A stretch of DNA of 64,000 nucleotides from Escherichia phage ES17. The DNA lies in sequence record NC_070984.1; one strand, given 5' to 3'. Of this stretch, positions 59,158 through 64,000 are shown piece by piece. Positions within the stretch are counted from its first letter, which is position 1; each line of letters starts with the position of its first letter. Position numbers and translations under genes: made by a program. The notes beneath the pieces are model-generated. The model ran no database searches, had not been told where the DNA came from, and saw only the letters and a program-made list of their open reading frames with translations.

Positions 59158-60066
59158 TTATGCCGCTTGACGTGCCGCCATAATTTCAGCCGCTTTACGC
59201 AATACTTCTTCCTCTTCTGCTTTCGCCGCTTGTTCGCTACGGGTAGCAACCGTTGAAGAGATACGACCGCGCAGACTTTCTAACTTCTCCTGCATAGCTG
59301 CAACAGTCTTTTCCATTTCATCAGCGTATGAATCGAGTGATTCTAATTCCTTGCTTGATGCGTTCATCAGATAATCATCCGAGATCGCTACCGTCGAGGC
59401 CGTGATTTTCTTGATGAGTGAATCAAAGGACTTTTTAACCTTCCCAACTTCTTCACTCAGGGCGATAGTGTTATCGCTGGTTGCGCCGTTGCGCTCATCA
59501 GCCAGTAATTTGGCTTCAATACGGATTGCATTCAAGCGTTCAACCAAAGCATAAATATCCTGATTAAAATCTTCCTTGTTTTTCGCCGGAATTTGCAGGT
59601 GTGCCGCCACGTTGTCATTGCAACCTTTGTAGAAGTTAGGATTATCCACTTCAATTGCACGACCTAATGCAAAGTTTTCGAAAGCATTTGACCAGCGAGC
59701 GCGGTTTTGTTCCATTTTGGTTTTAATTTGCGCTTCTTTCGCATCTTCTTTAGCTTTCGCCTCACCTTCCAGATTAATCCACTTTTTACGACCATTTGCC
59801 GCATCGGTGTTAAACTTGATAGGAGTTAAGAAAGTAATTGCGGTAGCGATAACATCCATATCACGGAAACGTTCAGTTAACAGGAAGTCAACCGCCGCCT
59901 GCAATACATCTAACTTCTTACCGTTGCTACGAAAGTGCTGCAAATGCCCTAACAGGAAGTTAGAAACATCTTGTTTGATCGCCGCGTTATTACTGCGAAT
60001 GTTGTTAGCCAGAGCATTAAAACCGGATTCGTTAACCAGAGTAAAGATTTTAGCCATAATATTCAC
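59158..60066 (-). CDS. First early-operon protein (302 aa, helical / coiled coil)
   Basis: RBS AAAGGTGAATATT-ATG; first gene downstream of promoter/boxA cluster; no recognisable enzymatic motif. Confidence 0.45.
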   Translation of the reverse strand: MNIMAKIFTLVNESGFNALANNIRSNNAAIKQDVSNFLLGHLQHFRSNGKKLDVLQAAVDFLLTERFRDMDVIATAITFLTPIKFNTDAANGRKKWINLEGEAKAKEDAKEAQIKTKMEQNRARWSNAFENFALGRAIEVDNPNFYKGCNDNVAAHLQIPAKNKEDFNQDIYALVERLNAIRIEAKLLADERNGATSDNTIALSEEVGKVKKSFDSLIKKITASTVAISDDYLMNASSKELESLDSYADEMEKTVAAMQEKLESLRGRISSTVATRSEQAAKAEEEEVLRKAAEIMAARQAA

Positions 60067-60880
60067 CTTTCAATTGTAAGGGCGCTATTGCCCCGCTCTC
60101 TATGAGCTTGTTTAAGTCACTATTAACTTAACTATAACCACTCGTTGTTAAGTAGTTATAGGTAAGCGGGGCGGTCTTATCAGGAGTTAACCTTGCCGCC
60201 CCCTTATCCGTGATGTTTCATCTGGTATCTTTAATTAGTCGCTATAAACGAAGCCGACCTGATAGCGATGATCAATCATCACAATAAGGCTATGCGTCCG
60301 ACTCTATTTAATTACATTGCTGTAACCGTCGGCAATATCGTCTACTTTGTTTTCGCTCCCGCTTATCCTTTTGTATCAGCTCTCTATCGCTAGTCATCGC
60401 CCACTACGGGATACTATTGCGAAAGAGTCACTAACCGCCTAATATTCCGGCGTTTTATATCTTTCAGCAGGTTTACTACATAACCCGGCTATGTACTTTC
60501 ATCCTATGATGAATCTCAAGCCGTTCACATCGTAAACGTTCGCATTAAACCTTATTGTTAAATAGCAATTTGCCACTTTTTAACCACTCCCCGCCGCTCT
60601 CAATTGAGCGTTAATTCGTCGGACTTGCCTACCCTGATTAACTTCTTTCACTGTAGCACCGTGTTAGCAATGACCGCCGCTACCCTTAACCGTGGGCGAT
60701 TAGCTCAAGTCTTTGCGTGTACTCAATGAATCCGTTTATCAATGGTGACGTTTCCAGTAAGGGAATGTAAAACTGTTTACCCTGATAATTTAGGGAGTTT
60801 TACGCCGTTTTATCTGGTATGCTTTCCGATGGTTATTATCATCAAGCATATTCAACCGATATAGGAGAATGTTTAAATTA

Positions 60881-60890
60881 TTAAAGAGCG
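60881..60890 (-). promoter_or_regulatory. boxA-like element A (transcript CCGCUCUUUAAUAAUUUA)
   Basis: Matches rrn boxA UGCUCUUUAACAAUUUA at 15/17; preceded in transcript by hairpin AGUGUG-AGAAAG-CACACU. Confidence 0.55.
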
Positions 60891-60980
60891 GTAAATCTAT
60901 CAGTGTGCTTTCTCACACTATGCAACTGTTAGCCGTTGTTACGCTTTTCACTGAAGCGATGATTTGCTTAGTGAGTGCTC

Positions 60981-61009
60981 ATTATGAATCATGTTGTTTT
61001 CGCTGTCAA
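60981..61009 (-). promoter_or_regulatory. Sigma70-like early promoter P2
   Basis: Minus-sense TTGACA - 17 nt - CATAAT. Confidence 0.55.
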
Positions 61010-61114
61010 CCGCTTTTTAATCTTTTTTCGTCGTTCCCGCTATTGGGAGGATATATCAATCAGCTTTGTTTGATTGAAGATTAAGCGGTGAGGCTTAACT
61101 TATGATTCATATTG

Positions 61115-61124
61115 TTAAAGAGCG
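61115..61124 (-). promoter_or_regulatory. boxA-like element B (transcript CGCUCUUUAACAAU)
   Basis: 13-nt identity with rrn boxA core GCTCTTTAACAAT. Confidence 0.55.
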
Positions 61125-61391
61125 TTTTTAGCCTTTTATAGTGTCTGCTAATCACTGCATCATTGAAGGCTTACTGATTCATTAACAGGACGCCTAACCC
61201 TGAACTACTCGCTGCACTATGTGCCACCTTTCCCGCGATACGTTGATTTGGGAACTTGTTAGCGGTGTATCTGCTAACTTGTGGTTAGTATGGACTACTT
61301 TAACCACGTTTGCAACTCTTTTTATCATCTTCTTTTAATTCCTTTCCCTTATCTCGCGTGAATCTATGCGAAAGGGCAAGATGATAAGTTT

Positions 61392-61401
61392 TTAAAGAGC
61401 G
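61392..61401 (-). promoter_or_regulatory. boxA-like element C (transcript CCGCUCUUUAAAAACUUAUCA)
   Basis: About 30 nt downstream of P1; preceded by GUCA-GCGA-UGAC hairpin. Confidence 0.5.
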
Positions 61402-61431
61402 GGATTTTTTAAGTCATCGCTGACTATGCTC

Positions 61432-61460
61432 ACTATATGTCAGGCTGTTTTCGGTGTCAA
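61432..61460 (-). promoter_or_regulatory. Sigma70-like early promoter P1
   Basis: Minus-sense TTGACA - 17 nt - TATAGT. Confidence 0.6.
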
Positions 61461-61499
61461 TACTCTTTTTGAGAATATTTTCACTTTCTAGCCTGATTT

Positions 61500-61509
61500 T
61501 TAAAGAGCG
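61500..61509 (-). promoter_or_regulatory. boxA-like element D (transcript CCGCUCUUUAAAAAUCAG)
   Basis: Immediately preceded by boxB-like hairpin GGCAA-GAAA-UUGCC; about 45 nt downstream of P3. Confidence 0.55.
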
Positions 61510-61556
61510 GGGCAATTTCTTGCCTTGTATGTTTTACATCGTACCCGATGAAATGA

Positions 61557-61584
61557 AGTATACGCTAATCAGATGAGGTTGCAA
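61557..61584 (-). promoter_or_regulatory. Sigma70-like early promoter P3
   Basis: Minus-sense TTGCAA - 16 nt - TATACT. Confidence 0.5.
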
Positions 61585-61843
61585 TAGGGTAAAGCAAATT
61601 ATTTTAAACTTTTTCACTATAGGAAGGTAAAAGAGCAGGCGCACGCGATACATCATAGAAAATGGCTTGTAAAGCGATATTTAGCGGCCTAAAACGCATC
61701 ACAACGAGCTAAAAGGGAGTAAGGCATACAATCACCTCATAAAAGAGAAAAGCCTCACTAGGAGGCTTACAGGAAGGATTAGAGAATCAGATAAATTATG
61801 ACCATAGGCATGACTACGGCACAATACAGGAGAAAGATTAAGC

Positions 61844-62215
61844 CTATGGATTTACACATTGACCGTTACCGGATGCCATTTCATTCATGGACTCATCAAA
61901 GAGCGTCAACGATGAGCGCATCAAGTGATCTACCGTGATTTGCTTACCAGTGGTTTCATTTACCAGTTGAATAGTTTTATCGTATGATTGTACATGTTCG
62001 AAATCATTCACATGTAAAATAATAACTTTAGGTGACTTTTTACCAGTTTCGTAATTCTCTACGAGATAGGTACACTGTAAACCGTCAACCGTATCAGGGG
62101 AGAATGTTGCAGCCTTTACACTACCCATATCCGATAGCAGGACACCTAACAGGAGAACAACCAGAAAGAAGCCTACAACCGTTTTAACGACGAATTTAAT
62201 AAACCACATAGCCAA
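61844..62215 (-). CDS. Membrane-anchored small protein
   Basis: 123 aa; N-terminal TM VVGFFLVVLLLGVLL. Confidence 0.4.
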   Translation of the reverse strand: MAMWFIKFVVKTVVGFFLVVLLLGVLLSDMGSVKAATFSPDTVDGLQCTYLVENYETGKKSPKVIILHVNDFEHVQSYDKTIQLVNETTGKQITVDHLMRSSLTLFDESMNEMASGNGQCVNP

Positions 62216-62402
62216 TCAACCTTTAATAATGAGATTAAGCACATCGAGAGCGGCAACAATCAGTAAGTAATTTAAAGAAATGAAGCCCACGACAAACAAA
62301 AACAAAAACAGCACATCCAGACCTTAGAAAACGTAAGAATACAGCATATCAGTAATGAACAGCAGGAAGGTCGCACCAAACAAGCAACGCCAAAAATAAT
62401 CA

Positions 62403-62678
62403 CTATTCATCGTTGCTATTCTCGCCAAAAAATGCTACGCTAATCTGTTCCACTTCTTCCAGCGACAGGAGAATCCCGCGTTGGGCTAAATACTTCCCAA
62501 CGGTTATATAATCTTGCACTAAACAGACAATAGGAAAGCGTATATTTTGAATCTCACCTTTGGAAAGAAAAGACAAATATCCAACGTCGATTGATTCATC
62601 AAAGGACAATGTAACGCCACCGTAATTATGCGTATCAATTAACGCAATAGTTTCATTTCCCATTGGTATCATCCCCAA
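62403..62678 (-). CDS. Hypothetical protein
   Basis: 91 aa track ORF. Confidence 0.35.
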   Translation of the reverse strand: MGMIPMGNETIALIDTHNYGGVTLSFDESIDVGYLSFLSKGEIQNIRFPIVCLVQDYITVGKYLAQRGILLSLEEVEQISVAFFGENSNDE

Positions 62679-62919
62679 TCAGACCATGATTAAGCAGGTT
62701 AGCCAGCGACAAATCACCGTCAATATAGATTGATCTGAAATCATCGCGGGTAATTTCGAAATCAGCAAAGGCTAGCCAATCTTTAAGAGGCTGATATTCC
62801 ATCCTGCAAAAAGTGATAACAGGCAAGATTATCTGACCATCAAGTGTATTAAACAGGATAGAGCTTCCACCAACAAAACAAGAAAAGCCATTAGATAACT
62901 TAATTTCTTTGATAGCCAT
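62653..62919 (-). CDS. Hypothetical protein
   Basis: 88 aa track ORF, 26-nt overlap with next. Confidence 0.35.
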   Translation of the reverse strand: MAIKEIKLSNGFSCFVGGSSILFNTLDGQIILPVITFCRMEYQPLKDWLAFADFEITRDDFRSIYIDGDLSLANLLNHGLIGDDTNGK

Positions 62920-62944
62920 TTTTACACTCCCAAAATAGGTTATT

Positions 62945-63436
62945 TTACTTACTAGCCTTAATGCAGTTGGCTAAATTAACGTGAACGGTATAAACAGCGT
63001 TATCAGCGTTATTGTAAATAGTCGTGGCGATCATCGACTCATTGATCGGGCCATAGCTCACAAGATTAGTAACGGCTTTAACGTCTTCATAACGTCGTAC
63101 AGTGCCATAAGTAACCATATCCGCATCGTTATCGGTACGCTTAAGCACTAAATCACTGTTAGGATGATTGTCTAGTGTCTTAGACTGAAAGAGAACGCCA
63201 TCATTAGTAACGTTGCTAAATTTCATCTTTAGCACGATATTATTGCTGTCACTATCCGCACCGTTGCAAATCATCCAACCCTTATTGATGGAACTAGAGA
63301 AGACACTAGCCGCATCAGTTGCAGGAGCAGGACTAGCGATAGCCTTATCAGAAAGAGATGTGACCAGTGCACTAACACCAATCGCTGCAACTAGTGCATA
63401 ACTTGCCAGATTAACTACCTGCATTGCTTTAGCCAT
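62945..63436 (-). CDS. Secreted protein with signal peptide
   Basis: 163 aa; MAKAMQVVNLASYALVAAIGVSALVTSLS; RBS AAGGAATAACGAA; sigma70-like promoter 39 nt upstream. Confidence 0.45.
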   Translation of the reverse strand: MAKAMQVVNLASYALVAAIGVSALVTSLSDKAIASPAPATDAASVFSSSINKGWMICNGADSDSNNIVLKMKFSNVTNDGVLFQSKTLDNHPNSDLVLKRTDNDADMVTYGTVRRYEDVKAVTNLVSYGPINESMIATTIYNNADNAVYTVHVNLANCIKASK

Positions 63437-63474
63437 TTCGTTATTCCTTAGATAAATTCAACCAACTATCGACA

Positions 63475-63502
63475 ACTATATAATAAAGGAAAAGACTGTC
63501 AA
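63475..63502 (-). promoter_or_regulatory. Sigma70-like promoter
   Basis: Minus-sense TTGACA - 16 nt - TATAGT. Confidence 0.55.
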
Positions 63503-63598
63503 ACGTTTATTTTCTAACTTTCCTATAACTTACTGAAAACTAAAGGAATTTAATTTACTAAACTTTCCATACTCAGAGAATCAGCTTACTTCTTATTG

Positions 63599-63715
63599 TT
63601 ACTTTATAACACTAATCCTACGGGTGTTACGCTGGCGCTACGGGTAGCAGACCAACAGACCAGGACAAACGGGGATACAACAACCGCAGGGCAGACCACG
63701 GGGAAACATAGCCAG
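63599..63715. repeat. GC-rich direct-repeat cluster in AT-rich non-coding DNA
   Basis: CTACGGGT x2 (13 nt apart), AGACCA x3, ACGGGGA x2 within 110 bp. Confidence 0.5.
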
Positions 63716-64000
63716 ATAGTGCGGTAATAATATACCACTTAAATAATTAGTTAACTATTAATAGCATTACTCAAACATCAAAGACCATTCGCTACGCTCA
63801 TGTACGCTGAAAAAGAAAGTAATAAAAGAAACAATTAAAAGAAACATAATCTTTCCACTTAATTAATACATACATCATTATTGCACTCATAATCATTACT
63901 ATTGAAACTATTTACAATCAAACTATGGGGGATGTGGGCTATTGCTTATGGGTATTATTAGCCTATTCATAGTGCCTTAATCTAATCATTATACAGTGCT

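Noticed and set aside
60869-61084. 71-aa plus-strand ORF inside the non-coding promoter/boxA region
   Set aside because: Opposite in sense to every neighbouring gene, AGGAGA directly abuts the ATG with no spacer, and it spans promoter P2 and boxA copy A; most likely a chance ORF.

Overview
This 64 kb window reads as most of the genome of a lytic, tailed dsDNA phage of an enterobacterial host; every call below rests on motif recognition and manual folding, with no database search run. Layout: (i) 93-17936 on the plus strand is a late virion module (tail fibre with GGTGATT motif, GH24 endolysin, Ig-like repeat protein, SLT transglycosylase, Q/N-rich internal proteins, a 1473-aa protein) ending at a bidirectional terminator near 17.95 kb. 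(ii) 18.1-60.1 kb on the minus strand is one long leftward-transcribed array: a T7-like replication set (gp4-like primase-helicase, gp5-like polymerase split into exo and pol genes about 10 kb apart, FEN-like 5'-3' exonuclease, SSB), a phage sigma factor, nucleotide metabolism genes (ThyX, dCTP deaminase, dNMP-kinase-like, thioredoxin, PhoH, HAD phosphatase, Dps-like), at least five HNH endonucleases, a nucleotidyltransferase and tRNA-Arg(UCU). (iii) 40.7-50.5 kb holds an operon of amide-bond enzymes (GGCT-like, ATP-grasp, class-II glutamine amidotransferase with an apparent ATT start, two GS/GCS2-like amidoligases). (iv) 50.4-59 kb is an early region of tiny genes, including a 9-member paralog family and Cys-rich mini-proteins. 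(v) 60.1-61.8 kb is a 1.8 kb non-coding region with sigma70-like promoters and four rrn-type boxA-like elements. The sigma factor, TAATGTATA promoter motif and amidoligase cluster resemble what I recall of phiEco32-like podoviruses, but this is unverified. The most interesting candidates are the boxA antitermination-like early leader, the amide-ligase operon and the small-paralog array. No integrase, transposase or CRISPR array was found.
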